Assembly: GCA_028534125.1 (NCBI GenBank)
Contig: CM052816.1
Span: 6,202,001-6,266,000, forward strand
Reading direction: 5' to 3'
Length of the DNA: 64,000 bases
Origin: Lama glama
Taxonomy: Eukaryota
Shown: positions 35,110 through 48,625 of the stretch, in pieces
Layout of the letters: the number at the start of each line of letters is the position of its first letter
How positions within the stretch are numbered: the stretch's first letter is position 1
Translations under genes and position numbers: made by a program
The notes under the pieces: model-generated
The model's database searches: none
What the model was told of the DNA's origin: nothing
Seen by the model: the letters and a program-made list of their open reading frames with translations, nothing else

Positions 35110-38100
35110 TGGAAAAGTACATTTTAAAGTACCATTTGGTCAACAAACATACTTTGTATAACTTGAAATCTTTTAAATTTGTTGATACTTGTTTCATGAC
35201 CTCAGATGTAGTCTACCTTGGTCAGTGCTTGTGTGCACTTGGAAAAAATGTATACTTTGTTGACATTGAGTAGACTGTGCCATCAGTGTCAATTGGATCA
35301 AGTAGTTTGAGAGTCTTGTTAAAGACTTGTCTCTTGAATGATTTTTCTGACTTCTTCATCTGTCAGTCATTAGGGGGGCATATTACAATCTCCAACTATG
35401 ATTATCAATTTTAAAATTTTCCTTAGAGTTCTCAGTTTTTGCTTAATGAATTTTGAAGCTTTTACTGGTATATAAACTTTCAAGATTGCTATGTATTCTT
35501 GCTAAATAGACCTGTTTATCATTATAAAATCACTTTCTTTATTTTTGGAAATGTCTTTTACTCTGAAATTTACATTGTCTGATATTAATATAGTCAGTCT
35601 AGCTTTCTTTTTTTTAACATCATTATTGTGGTATGATTCCTGTACAGTGAACTACGCGTATTTCAGATGTACAATTTGATGAATTTTGATAGATGTATGC
35701 ACCCATGAAGCCGCCACCCCAATCAAGATAGCTAACATTTCCATAATTCCCAAGAGGTGCAAATTTTGAATTCCCAATTTATCCCTTTACCCACCTTTAA
35801 CCCTTGGTAACCGTAAGTTTGTTCTATATGTCTGTGACTGTTTCTGTTTTGCAGATGAGATTATTTGTGTCATATTTTTAGATTCCACATATAAGTGGTA
35901 TCATATGGTATTTTTCTTTCTTTTTCTGGCTTCACTTAGAATGACAATCTCCAGGTCCATCCATGTTGCTGCAAATGGCATTATTTTATTTTTTATGGTT
36001 GAGTAATATTCCATGGTGTAAATATACCACAACTTGTTTATCCAGTGATCTGTTGGTGGACACTTAGGTTGCTTCTGTATCTTGGGTATTTTAAATAGTG
36101 CTGCTGTGAACACTGAGGTGCATGTATCTTTTTGAATTAAGGTTCCCTCTGGATATATGCCCAGGAGTGGGATTGCTGGATCATATGGTAAGTCTATTTT
36201 TAGTCTTTTGAAGAATCTTCAGACTGTCCTCCATAGTGGCTGCATCAATTTACATTCCCACCAACAGTGGAGAGGAGGGTTCTCATTTCTCCACACCCTC
36301 TCCAGCACGTACCATTTGTGGACTTTCTAATGATACCCACTCTATCTTCTTTGGATTACTATTATTATGGTATATACTTACCCACTGTTTCACTTTTAAC
36401 CTATTTGTACCTTTATGTTTAAAGTGTGTTTCTTGTGGGCAGCATACATTTGAGTACTAAACTTTTATCCAATTGGACAATCTCTGATGTTTAATTGGGA
36501 GTGTTTAGACCATCTATATTTTATGTCATTATTGATATGGTTAAGAATAAATCTACTGTCTTACTGCTTGTTTTCTAGTGCCCTATTTACTCTTACTTTT
36601 CCTCTTTTTCTGCCTTTTAAAAATTGAATACATATGATTTCATTTAATCTCTGTTGACTTGTAAGCTATAACACTGTTTTATTATTTATTGGTTGCTTTA
36701 AGGTTTTAGTCTACATCTTTAATTTATCATAGCCTACCTTCAAGTGATTTGTATCATTTTACATATCATTTAAACTTCTTATAATAGTACATTTCTATTT
36801 CATCCCTTCTGGACTTGATGATTATAATTTTTACTTCTATAATTGTAATAATTCCCTGAATGCATTGTCATTACTTTTATTTAAGCTTAACTTTATATTT
36901 TCAAAAGATTTAAATAATAATAAAAAATCTTATATATAGCACATATATTTGCCATTTCTGTTCCCTTCTGTACCTTATGTAGATCCATATTCACTTCTGG
37001 TATTTTTTCCTTCTACTTGAAGGACTCCTTCTAACATTTCTTTTAGTGTAGGTTTGCTGTTGATGCATTTTTAATTTTTTATTTCATTTTCATTTTGAAA
37101 GATAGTTTCACAAGGAATAGAATTATAAGTTGACAGATTTTTTTTTCTACCAGTACGTTAAACGTGTTGTTTCTTTGTCTGCATTGTTTTTTGCTTGCAT
37201 TGTTTCCAACAAGATATCTGCTGTTAACTTTATCTGTGTTCCTTTCTGTATAATGTGTTTCCTTTCTTCAGCTGCTTTTCAGATTTTCTCTTTATCTAGT
37301 TTTGAGCAATTTAACTGTAATGTACCTCGGCTTAGTATTCTTTGTGTTTCTTGTGTTTGAGTTTCATTGAGCTTCTTGAATCTATGGATTTATAATGTTC
37401 ATCAAATTTGGAAATCTTCTCCGCCATTATTTTTTTCAGGTATCTTTTCCTATTGCCCCAGTTTTTTCTAATATTCCAGTGAAGTATATATTAAGCAATT
37501 TGATAGTCCATAGATCTTGAATATTCTTTTTTTTCTTCTTTTTTGTTGCTTTTTTCTGTGTGTCTCATTTGAAACAGTTTATATTGCTGTGAATTCAAGT
37601 TTATTCATTTTTCTTTTCAAGTGTCTGAGCTGCTATTAATTCCACGCAGTGTATTTTTCATCCCAGTTTTTGTATTTTTCTTCCCTAGAAGTTTTATTTG
37701 GGTCTTTTTGGTGTCTGGAACATCTCTGCTTAACTTTTTGATCATATACACTACAATTCTAACAATATCTTAATGTCATTGTTTACTAATTCTAGTATCT
37801 GTTAAATTGTCATTGGTTTTGACTGACTGGTTATTCTTCTTAGTATGAGTCATGTTTTCCTGCATCTTTGTATGTCTGGTAATCCTTGATTGGATGCTAA
37901 ACACTGTGAATTTTACCTTGTTGGGGGATGCATATTTCTTGAGCTTTGTGATGGCATATGGTTTAGTTACTTGGAAAGTTTGCTCTTTGGGCTCTTTATT
38001 TTATGATTCATTAGGTGAGCCAGACCAGTTCTTCAGCTAGAATTAGTTTTTCCTCACTAATGAGGTAAGACCTTCCTTGATATTTAATCCAATGCCCCAT

Positions 38101-38610
38101 GAGTGTCCCATGAAATTTTCCTTTCTGGTTTGTGGAAACCAGTTCTATTTCCAGCCCAGTATTAGAGTCAGGTACTGTTCCCTCTAATCCCATCAGAGTT
38201 TTGGGTGGTTTACATACACATATGTGGAAACACACATACACATTCATTAATACTCTACTGAGTACCTGAGGGGGACACTCCTTAGATCTCTCTGTGATGC
38301 TCTCTCCTTTCTGGTACCAAACCTATAAATTCTAGTTGTTTTGGTTTCTCTGAATTCTCAGCTCTGTCTCTTCAACTCAGGGAGTCTACCAGGCTCCGCC
38401 TTAGTTCCCTCTCCCTGTGCCAGGGCCTGAAAACTCTCACAATACAGTAGGCTGGGACAGTCATAGGATTCAGTTTGCTTATAACTGTCTCATTGGCTGA
38501 TGTCCAGGGTTTTAAAACCATTGTTTGATGCATTTTGTTTGTATTTGGTAGTTTCACACAGAAGGACAAACATGGTCTCTTTTCTTCCATCTTGGTCAGA
38601 TATAAAAATC
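35110..38610 (-). mobile_element. Ancient L1 (L1M class) 5' portion: 5' UTR, ORF1 and start of ORF2; interrupted at 35611-36332
   Basis: T-rich antisense L1 phrases (GTGCACTTGGAAAAAATGTATA, TCATCAAATTTGGAAA, TGTGAATTTTACCTTGTTGG); ends at TCCATCTTGG, typical of old L1 5' ends. Confidence 0.85.
35611..36332 (-). mobile_element. Composite L1 insert: L1MB-like 3' tip (35611-35758) joined to a younger L1 body (35759-36332)
   Basis: First part: TGTACAATTTGATGAATTTTGA...CAATCAAGATA...AACATTTCCAT. Second part encodes MFTAALFKIPK...WYIYTMEYYS...FAATWMDLE on the minus strand. Confidence 0.8.
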
Positions 38611-41325
38611 TGGAACTTATTTTTAAAAGTCGTGTTCATGGAACGGGTTCTGAATGTTCCTACCGCAGTTCAGGTGAATGAATGAAATGACCTGCTCAAA
38701 TCCATGTCCTTCTAATCACCCTGGGTCCTGTTTGCTGCTGCTTGGAAGCAGGTAGGAGATAGAATTCCTCCTGTAATTTGGGTTTCCTCTGGGGGTCCGT
38801 ACTTTGCCCTGCCTGAGTCTTATCAGGCTGTAACTTGAGTTAGCTCTTGGGAGAGACTTTTTAATGCTGCCACTCTCCTTTCAGACTGCAGATCTTCACA
38901 AGCTGGCATTGTCATTATTACCTTTATCTGATTCAGTGTCACAGAAACACAAATCTCAGACAAATCATCAATAGAGCATTTGAAAAGGCTAACATGTGAT
39001 AAATAGTCCCCCACCTCCCTCACCCACACATATTTTTTATAGAGAAAAAATAGTTTCTGCAGCTTTCTGACAAATGGAGGCACTGTCAAGCTGATGATTG
39101 TTAAGAACGTGGTGAATGTAGAGCTGGAGTTTCACCTCCCCTCGTGTTTCTTTTTCCATTCCATTTTCTAATCCAAAGTGTGAAGGACCAGCCTATAGTA
39201 CAGGTCTCTACCTGGACAATTGTAGCTTGATGGAAATACTGAATAGGTTTTCATGGTAGGGGTAGAATTTGCTCCTTAAAGCCAGGTACTATCCATGGGA
39301 ATCCACGGTATTTCTTAACAGTAGTGGCTGCTTGCCATTCTCACTCTCTCTTTCCAGGGTCTCCTGGGCTCCCCAGTCCAGGCCTCAGCTCCATGGGAAG
39401 CCATTACAGCATACTGACTCCCTGACTCTACAGTAGGATGGCTTGTTGTTCACTCTGCTTTCATTGATGAGGCATGAGAGTCAAGCTGTACAGATCTAAA
39501 CCAGTCCTCTTTTTAGGTATGGGGGAGTGGAGGTTTGGGAAGAGAAAGGGAGCGGCCCAGGTCACACAGCAAGGGTATGCCTAAACCAGAGACAGAATAC
39601 AGTGCACCCCATGCCTGGAAAGGTCCAAGGTTGCAGTTACCAAGGCAGGTTCTCCAGAACTACCCCTCAGAAAGGGTGGGCCTTGTCTTCACTCCTTTAT
39701 AGCATTTTCATAGGATTAGAGCCTGTGACAGCATTTCTTTGGATGACCTCATTACACAGGAGGTTTTTCAGGCCCCCAGGTCAGTATCTTTTTCAGTCTC
39801 CCTGCTCAGACTTCTTTGCCAAGACTCTTAGGCCCTATAATTAATAATTATATATAATAGCAGGAGGACAATAACCATCTTCCTTATTGGCATACAGCTA
39901 CACTCTTCTAAAAGTGCTCAGTTTTCTTTTCATTTTGTTCTGTGATGGAGACTGATCATAGGGACCATCCAGCACCTGATCACACATCCGCTTCCCCTGA
40001 TAGCAGGACATGCGTGGTGGGTGTGAGAAGTTTCTTCTCCATCATGTAATGTCTCAGTGAGACGGCAGATCAAGTTACCCTGCTGTTCTGTTGCCGAGAT
40101 CAGTGTTACCAGATTTCTTTCTTCAGTTTTTTCCTTTTGCTGGCCTTGTTCAGCTAAAGGGAAGTCATGTGATTCAAGCTTTTCCAATCAGACTCTCTCT
40201 CCCAGGACTCTAAACCTTGAATATGGTGGCTTCAGGATGAGCATAAATGTAGAGGCCATTCAATAGGGTTGTAGTAGTTGCAAGATGGGTGTTGTGACAG
40301 GTTACACCATGGTGATCAGAAGAGCCTGTATTATTAGAAGCTAAGTAACATCTTACTTGCCTTCAAGAATATGGGTCCAGAGATATACCAAGATAGTAAA
40401 TGATATCCAACAACTATTATTTGCATAGCAAATAATTTGAAATGACTGTCATTTCCATTTCCCTTGGTTTTCTTTGGTTTTTCTCCGTTAAGTGGACCCA
40501 AATGCCAGCAGCTTGCTTGAAATGGAGCTCCAGTAAATCTGAGGCACATACTTCAAAAGTGAGAGTCCCCTAGGCCTGATTGATGAGGATACTTATCAAA
40601 TTAGTATCAAACTCAGCAGTATATATTCAACAGACCACATCTGAAACGTATTTGGTTTATTTACCTCTTTAAATAATTTCCCTTCTGGGGTTCATGGTCC
40701 TGACTTTGCGTTCACACTCACATGACCCCCCCGTCCCCAGGCAGACAGGTCAAGTAGTGTCTGCTGACGGGAAAATGCTTGTTCCTATCAGTTTCCAATT
40801 CTGTAAATTATCTGATAACCTTCTAATAAAGTCCTTTTCATTACTTAAGCAGTTCATTGCTTGAATAGCTTTCCATTACTTATAGTCAAAGAACTTTAAG
40901 TGATACACATCCTGACACTGCCTGTAGAAGTTAGTCAAGGCTGAGACTGGTAGATACAATTACTATATGGCGACACTGAACCTTAGAGAGATTTAATCCC
41001 TCAGCATTTTAAGATTAGTGAGTTAGCTACAAATCTGGAGCTACAGTTTGTGTCTTGGCTTCTAAATCTGTTAGAATTACCTATGTTAACTTAAGTATTA
41101 TTTGCTTTTTAAAGCAAGCACTTGATGGAAGAACACTGATTGTCTGATTCTGGGCTGTCACAGACTGAGCCGCTGAGGTGCAGACTGGAACACAAAGGGT
41201 TTATCTGGAACTTAACTCTAGGAAACACCAGTAAGGGAGTGACAAGCGGAGACAGAAGGGAAGACTGACAAAGGGTATGTGCTCAATACCTGGAGCTTAA
41301 TTTTCTGGAGAGCTCTGAAGGCCTG

Positions 41326-41702
41326 GGTTGTGGACTGACTTGGGTCCCCCTCACATTCATACGTGGAGCCCTCTCCTGCTATGTGGCTGCATTTGGAGAT
41401 AGGGCATCTAAAGGGGTGATGCAGGTTAAGGAGGTCATTGGGCAGGACTCTAATTCAGTTAGACTGGCGTTCTTGGAAGGAAAGGAAAAGATACCAGGAA
41501 GGCGTGTGTACAGAGCAAAGGCATGTGAGGACTCAGTGAGAAGGCAGCCACCTGAAGGACAAAGAAGGAGGCCTCAGGAGGAACCAACCCTGCTGACACC
41601 CTGATCATGGATTTCTAGGCTTCAGAACTATGAGACAGTAAATTTCAGTTGTCAAGCCGCCCCACCTGTATTTTGTTAGAGCAGCACAAGCAAACCAAAA
41701 AA
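41326..41702 (+). mobile_element. MaLR solo LTR, MLT1B-like
   Basis: TGTGGACTGA...ATTTGGAGATAGGG...ATGTGAGGAC...GAGGCCTCAGGAGGAACCAACCCTGCTGACACC...CAGAACTATGAGA. Confidence 0.88.
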
Positions 41703-41756
41703 GCCAGTGTGGACCATGTACTTCAGAGTTACCCCGCTTTAAGGATACGTGCACCC

Positions 41757-41946
41757 CAGTGGTTCTTAAAGTGTGATGTCAGTACCAGCAGCATCAGCCT
41801 CACTTGGGAACTTGTGAGAAATGCCAGTTCTCAGGCCCCACGCCAGACCTACTGAATCGGAAACTCTAGGGTAGACCCAGCAGTGCATGATTTAATAAAA
41901 ACCTCTCCAGGTGAATTTGATGCTCACTAAAATTTGAGAACCACTA
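41757..41946 (+). mobile_element. MER5A hAT-Charlie DNA transposon, full length
   Basis: TIRs CAGTGGTTCTTAAA / TTTGAGAACCACTA; internal CAGCAGCATCAGC...CCAGACCTACTGAATCGGAAACTCT. Confidence 0.92.
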
Positions 41947-42369
41947 TTATCTTTGGACTCTTGCTGAAGATGGGTTAAGGGCTGCTCCTGGAGGCATGAA
42001 TCCCCTGCATCTCTGGCCTGCCAGGCAGGTGAGCAGAGTGGGTTCTGGTGGCTAGTGGAAGCCATAGCCAAAGATGTGCAGACTCATGTTTGGAAGGTAA
42101 GATGGCATGAACTGAAATGACAAGGCCAAGGGGGATACGTGTGAAGCAGCACCTGGTAAACCAGTCATGACGACGAGGCTGAGTAAGCATTCCACCATAG
42201 GCTACTTGACGTCAACAGTGCTCTTTTGCAACCTCTGTATGGTTTTTCCTTTTTACTGAAATTTCCAAGGGGCTACGGTTTGTCTCTCCAAGTAGGTGTT
42301 ACTGTTTTTGAGAGCCACAGAGCAAGAGAGAAAGAAATCTGTGACTATATGTTATGTTTCAGTAACTGC

Positions 42370-42560
42370 AATCAGAACCTTAAATGTGCTTAATCTTGGC
42401 AATAATCCTGAAGAGTAAATATCATTATCCTAATTTTACAGTTGAGGAGGTTGATATATAAAGAAACTTGCTCAAGATCACACAGAAAAGTAAGTGATGA
42501 ATCTAGGATCTGAACCTGCATATGCTTGATTCTAAGTATCCATGCTGTATCCACTCTCTG
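42370..42560 (-). mobile_element. MIR SINE
   Basis: ATTATCCTAATTTTACAGTTGAGG...ACTTGCTCAAGATCACACAG...GGATCTGAACC. Confidence 0.8.
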
Positions 42561-42755
42561 GACCCCTAGGAGTTCATAGTGATTTCTCAAATATCATATA
42601 ATATATTTTGACACTTTTTTGTGAGTGTGTCTGGAAGAATCACAATTTTAGCCTGCAGTTGGAAACTTCCACTTAATCTATGAGAGTATTGGGGGAGAAA
42701 GCCAAGCCTTAGACAGAAACTATCCTGAGCACAGGGATTTGCTCAGAGGGGGAAA

Positions 42756-42789
42756 TAACAAAACAAAACAAAACAAAACGAAACAAAAC
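42756..42789. repeat. (AAAAC)n microsatellite
   Basis: Directly visible. Confidence 0.9.
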
Positions 42790-45700
42790 TGGGTCTCTAT
42801 TACAAATAAATGACTGTTCCTAGGAGACCCCTAGTCTACTCTGATAAACTCTTCTCAATGCAGCTTTCTTAAGAAGCCTGGGCACCAGGCCATCACTCTT
42901 AGCTGTGGTCTTATATTTCTCATCTGTTGAGTTTAATTGTGGGCATGATGTTCCTTTACTAAGAAAGCTGGGACACCTCTGTTTTCCCTTCCCTGGCAAT
43001 GTGGGGAGCCCATATAAAGATTCTTGTGCATGAAAACTACTTAGAAAAAAGATACTCATTGATACAAAGTTTTTGAATGGTGGGAATTAGCAGATTTTTG
43101 AGTGAAGAGAGCTCTCTCAATGCCATCTAGTCTAAACTCACCATTAAGGATGAAATCCTCCTTGGAACAGGTGGCAGACAGAGGCCTCCTTGGACCACCG
43201 AGCACACAAGCTACATGGCAGCCAACTCCAGCAGAGAGCAACTGGGAAAGCAAAATGAAAACCAGACTTTTTCAGAGAATTATGACCTGGATGTAGCCTT
43301 CGTTAGTGCGACCAAAGCATGATTTTCTTCCCCCGGGAGTATATTGCTACCAAGCTACATCTTTCATATTTCTTCCACTTAGCAGTAGGGAAATCGTGAA
43401 GCATGCAAAGTTTATCAAGGCTCTCACCGCTTCATCTTTTGATTTTGCCTCCATCGTGGGGAACCAAGAGATCAGACAGTGAGGACTCACATGTCTTTCC
43501 TTATATGTTATATAGATACCAGTCTCCCTCCACACTTTTGTCTGGGAGATTTTAACCATCATTAAGTAAAGCAATTCTGCCAGACCTCTTGCTTGGAACT
43601 TGTCCTTGTGAAAATCAACTTAATGGCAGATAAAGTCTACAATTTGAGCATCTGTTCCTATGCCTAGACTTGAGATTCTTTCTTACAACCACGGTTGATT
43701 TTTTCCTGTCCATGGTATCTTTGCGTGTTTGGAGTACTGCTTGGGAGTAAGTCCCTTGATCTCTCAGTCAGTCTTTTAGTTTCTCTTAAAGAGGCCTGGT
43801 TTTTCTCCCTGGGGTGCTCTCCAGAACCCCACTGCATCAATATTTTTAAGTGATACCCTCCTAAACACACCCTTCAAAAATAACAAATATCTTTCCAGTT
43901 TTTTTTATATGACGTGGTATCATGTAAAGAAATATATTGAAAAGTACTTATGAAGCTATGAATATACATTATATATATTAACATGCAAGACATATGGCAT
44001 ATGATTTTAAAATCAATAATTATGTCAGCTGGCACTTCCTATATCTTCCTTTGATAGACTTAGGTCAAGTTAGCTTCAGGGGACTGACTCCTTACACTTA
44101 TTCTGTAAAATCTTGGTAATCATCTCCAAGTTTTTGGGGAATTACTGAGGCTATGTATCTATCTATTTATCTATCTTTGTACCAAGTGTAAGAAACACAA
44201 AGCTTTGCTGCACACTTTGATAACTTCCCAATTAGGTTGAGCATTTCTACATGCTATTCTTCTGCATCATGATGTTAATGGCCGCACGATATTCTCATAC
44301 ACGAATCTGCTGTAATTTATGTAACTCATCCAAATCTCTTCTGAAGATTTAGCTTATTTCCAATTTTATTAATATTCTTTGCCATCTTCCTCACTCACGT
44401 TTCTCATGATTTCCTTGGAATAAATTTCTAGTGGCAGCATGGCGGGGTCAGAGATTATGCTTATTTACGGCTTCTAATGGTACCATTGATAGAAAGGGGC
44501 GCTCAGCTGAATTCTCAGTAGCAGAGTGTGGGAGTTTTTGATGCTGTGCATCGTAGGTGTTAGCATTCTTTTTCCTCTCAGGTAAAGTTATACCCTTGTC
44601 CTGGCTGAGCCTTCGGCACGAAAAGGGGATTCTAGAGAAGGCCAATAACCAAAATGGAAAGAAGAAAGAAAGAACCACACGCATCCCCCATAGTTGTATT
44701 TTTCTTAATTAACCTTGTAAATGAAATTCTTCATCATGGGTGAAAATACATTTTTTTCTGCCTGACTCGGTTTGGGCTGTGAAAGATCATCCTTCAAACC
44801 ATTGCTGCCGCTGGCCTCTTCCTGAATATAAGTTGTTGCTTTTATGACATGCATGATACACATGTTCAGTAAGATTTAACAATCATTTGTCAAGTCTGTG
44901 CTGGGATCGAGGCTATGCCTGACACTGGGCAGTGCTGGGGAAAAAGGTGAACATGACGTGGCCACTGCCCATTGTGGACGCCCTTGCAACTTAGTAAAAG
45001 ATCGTAGCTATAGCCCACGGCCCACTGGGTGTGCAGAGAGAGCTGTATCAGAGATGCAAAATGCAGTGAGAGCACAGGGAAGTAACAGTCCTAATAAAAT
45101 TACCATAAAAATAACTGTAAGTTTGCTACTCTTAAAGCTAACCTGTTAAAATGCTCCTTGTGTACAGTGTAGTGGATTGAGGGCTTTAGATACGTTATTT
45201 CATTCAATCATCACCACATCAGTATGAAGCGGCTGCTATTATGTATGTTTGTATATGAGGAATCTGGGAAACAGAGAAGGGAGACACATTGCCTAGGTTG
45301 TGTTGCTAGAAAATGGTGGAAGCGTTGGGCAGGCCTTTTGGAGAAGGTAGGGTATGGGTTCTGGAGGAAGGGTTAAGGCTCCAGCGTACAGTCTGGAACA
45401 AGGGGCACCCCAGGCAGGGCACACAGCCTGAGCAAAAGCGCTGCGGGGGAACGAGGTAGGCCGTGTATGGGGAAGCAGGATTGGGGAGCTGAAGCCAGGG
45501 TGTGGTAGAGGATGGAGGAGGTGGGGATTTGGTATGGAAAGCCTAGAATGCCAGATTCAAGGGTATGGATTTTACTGTGTTGGCAGCCAAAGGGATGTGT
45601 TTCCGAGCTCTTGCAGAGGCTGAGTGATCTGATTAGAGCATTAGAAGGTAAGTCTGGTAACATTTTATTGGATGAGGCTGTTACACTAGACGAGAAGGAG

Positions 45701-47294
45701 TTCTGTACAGAATGATAGATGAACTCATGATATATTTATGTAGCTCAGTTTCATACTACAGATCTCATGGTAGAGATGGGGCCACAGAAACAATGATCAG
45801 AGTTCATTGGGATTTGCTCCTGAAATTGGACTGTCCCTGGGAACCCCCCAGGACTCTCCTTCTATCTTGCAGAGCAGTCTCATCTCATCAGGTCGTAGCC
45901 CAAAATGTACATACTCATGTCCAGCTCAGAAGAAAAAGGGTAGTTAAATTTAGGGGAAGCTTTTCACCGCCCTCTTTTGTTATCTCTGTATCTTTCTATT
46001 TGATTTCTAATAGACTTGGTGCTTTTTGAGGATAGGATTGACCTTTGATTTATTTCTTTCTAGGTGCACAATACTTACCACAGTATTTTGTACGTAATCA
46101 GTGTTAAGCATCGAATAAATACACCACAGATGGAACCCTGACTAACATCACGAACTTAGTTGCCTCTGCCTCAGCACGTATCTAGAGCTATGTCCAAGTC
46201 TCTGCCCACTCAAGCCCATGTCCATGAACAGGGGTAACATTTAGCACATGTAGACAGGAAGAACCTATTTACATTTATATGATTGGTGTCTAAAATCATC
46301 CGTTGGGACTGAGCTCATTTTAATTTATTATGGCCTTTACTGCTTGCCAGGAAGCAATGAAATGCTCAAATTTCACTTGCATTTCTTAGCAGGAACCCGG
46401 CCTCCATCAATATTTGGGGGGATGACAGTTTTGGGGATGGTTCAGGATCTGATTCAAGCTGATACATTATGATCATAATAGAACTATCATGAGGATTCTG
46501 GTGAACCAATTTGCTAACAGCTGTTCTCTGTAGTTAGAATTGTTTCTGAGCCCCATGGATAATCAGCGAGCACGTTCCTCTGAGGACAGATCTTGGCTGC
46601 CAGAAGTCACTTATGAAGAGAGCACTGGGTTGGGAGTCTGGAGCTCTGCTTTTTTCTCCAGGGCTCAGCTGCCAGGGAGCTGTTGGAAATTGATAATGGG
46701 TCTTCTGGAAAATGGAGGCGATAATTCAGCCTTAGGACTTGGAAATCACGGTCAGCCTAAGTTGTTCTGGGCAAGGTCACAAAGCCATTACAGTCCACTG
46801 AGAAGCAGGTTGGGAGAAGCTTGCTGGGGAAATCTGATCAAAGTTTAATCAAACTAACGTTTGAGGGTGAGACGAACCTCGGAAGCCATCGCATGGAAAT
46901 TTCCCTATTGCTTTATGAACCATCAGCCTTTGTAAGATTTTTATGAGGTCTTCTCTTTATGTGAAGTCATACTTGGCTTTAGGTCTCTCCCCTATGGCAC
47001 TGCTGCCATTCCCTTTTGATCCTCACAGACCTTCATGCTTTCTGTAGAAAGACACTTGGGAGGTAAGGAAGCAGGCCTCCATTTGAGCAAAATGGAAGAA
47101 GAAGAGGTTATCCTGAGTGCATTTTCAGGACTTCCTTCTTTGCTCTCTCATGCCCTAGTGCTTTCCCTAGAACTTCAGACATGGATCTGCAGAAGCTCGG
47201 CAAGGCAGGCAGGCAAGGAGAAGTTGGGCCTGATCTGTGTATTAAAAAGGGCTGGTAATTATTCTCTCTCTTTCTTTCATTCAACAAACTCTGA

Positions 47295-47510
47295 TTGAGG
47301 GTGTTAAAAACAATGTGCGTCTGTGGAGTCGGGCAGACCAGGTCTGTGTGTCAGCTCTACTGTGAGGCACTTCGGGTGACCCTGCACAGTTGCTTTCTTC
47401 GCTTCTCCCAGTCTTTGTGCCCTTGTGTGTAGGGTGGGAATGATAATCGTATCTGCTTCATAGGGTTACTGGGAAATTAAATAAATAAGGTATTTAAAGT
47501 GCTCTGTGTA
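47295..47510 (+). mobile_element. MIR SINE
   Basis: TGGAGTCGGGCAGACCAGG...GTGACC...ATGATAAT...TCATAGGGTT...ATTAAAT...TAAAGTGCT. Confidence 0.8.
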
Positions 47511-48269
47511 AGCCTATTTTAGTCAAGAGACTCGGTTATCACTAGAGGTTGTATTCTAGCTGATGTTCTGGAGGATGCAGAGTTGGACGAGGGAAAGCCT
47601 TCATCTACAGAAGTCCGTACTTAGTCTAATAGCGGACACATACCATCCAGATTGAGCATCATGGAAATTCAGAGGATGTACACATTTCAGCTGAGAAATG
47701 ATATCTGGAAATCATAGAGCAGGTGACACTGGATCCAATGAAGGATGGGAAGACTGTGGACAAGGGGAGGGAGTAGGGTGGCAGGACATAAAATACGGTG
47801 TACACATGAGGTAGCTACCACCATGTGCCAGTTAACTTCTACTCATCTTTCCCTGGTGTCCCTCCCAGGGAATTACATGGTGCCCTTTTGGGACTTTGTT
47901 TCTCCCTGAGGAGTCACTGATCCACTGAATATTCTTTCACCTGCTTAAATAAACTGCAAGGCTCTTCCAGCGACATTCTCAGCTCTTTATTACCCCGTCC
48001 CAGTGGCCTTCCCTGGTGTTCTTCCTCCTTCCTTCTTAAGTAGTTTGTCTATGTTCTCTCTTTCTTGGAGGATTAAATTTTAGCCAATTAAAAAGGAGGG
48101 TAAAGGAGTTACTCAGCTGCTTCTATGAATCAGGCACTATCCTGAGCATTTTATATGCCCTAGGCTGTAGGTAGGTAGTATTATCTCATTATAGATTAGG
48201 AAATTGAAGCTGAGAAAAATGAAGTACCTTGTCTATAGGAACCAGAACGAGAAATAAAAAGTGTGGTAT

Positions 48270-48625
48270 TAAGAAGAACCTTGAGTTTCAAGGACTTAGA
48301 GTAACACAGGTGTGTTTCTTTGTCCTCCTTGTGCTCCTGTCCATCCCAGGTTGTCTGGAGGCTCCATTTTACATGACTTCAGCCTGGTGCTCAGACCAAT
48401 AGCGGGGAGCTCTTGATCATGGTCAGTCGATGAGGCAGAGGGACAGAGAGAGCACGGTAAATTGCATGCTGGCTCTGCAGCATTCCACCCAGAAATGACA
48501 AGTGTCGCTTCCCAGTTTTCAATGGACAGGGCCAGTCATGGGGCCACATTTCCCTTCAAGGGGGAAGGGAAGTTCAACCTCACAATATTGTCCAGAAAGA
48601 ACTTAAAATGTTCAGTGAGCAGACT
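48270..48625 (-). mobile_element. Degenerate MaLR LTR (MLT1I/J-like)
   Basis: CAGAAATGACA...GCCAGTCATGGGGCCACA...TTCAAGGGGG...TGTCCAGAA...GTGAGCAG. Confidence 0.6.

Larger units (their letters stand above)
41156..42170 (-). mobile_element. LTR16-family ERVL LTR fragmented by two insertions
   Basis: AGGAAACACCAGTAAGGGAGTG, CTTCAGAGTTACCCC and AAGGGCTGCTCCTGG...GGATACGTGTG segments in collinear order. Confidence 0.65.

Noticed and set aside
39358..39517. Plus-strand acceptor/donor pair with GSPGLP collagen-like start
   Set aside because: Stops in all three frames and no continued Gly-X-Y periodicity.
43491..43541. 51-nt minus-strand exon-like unit (TKVWRETGIYITYKERH) with CAT|GTGAGT
   Set aside because: The acceptor has almost no pyrimidine tract and the peptide is unrecognised.
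46466..46479. Perfect 14-bp palindrome ATTATGATCATAAT
   Set aside because: Several palindromes of this length are expected by chance in 64 kb of AT-rich DNA.
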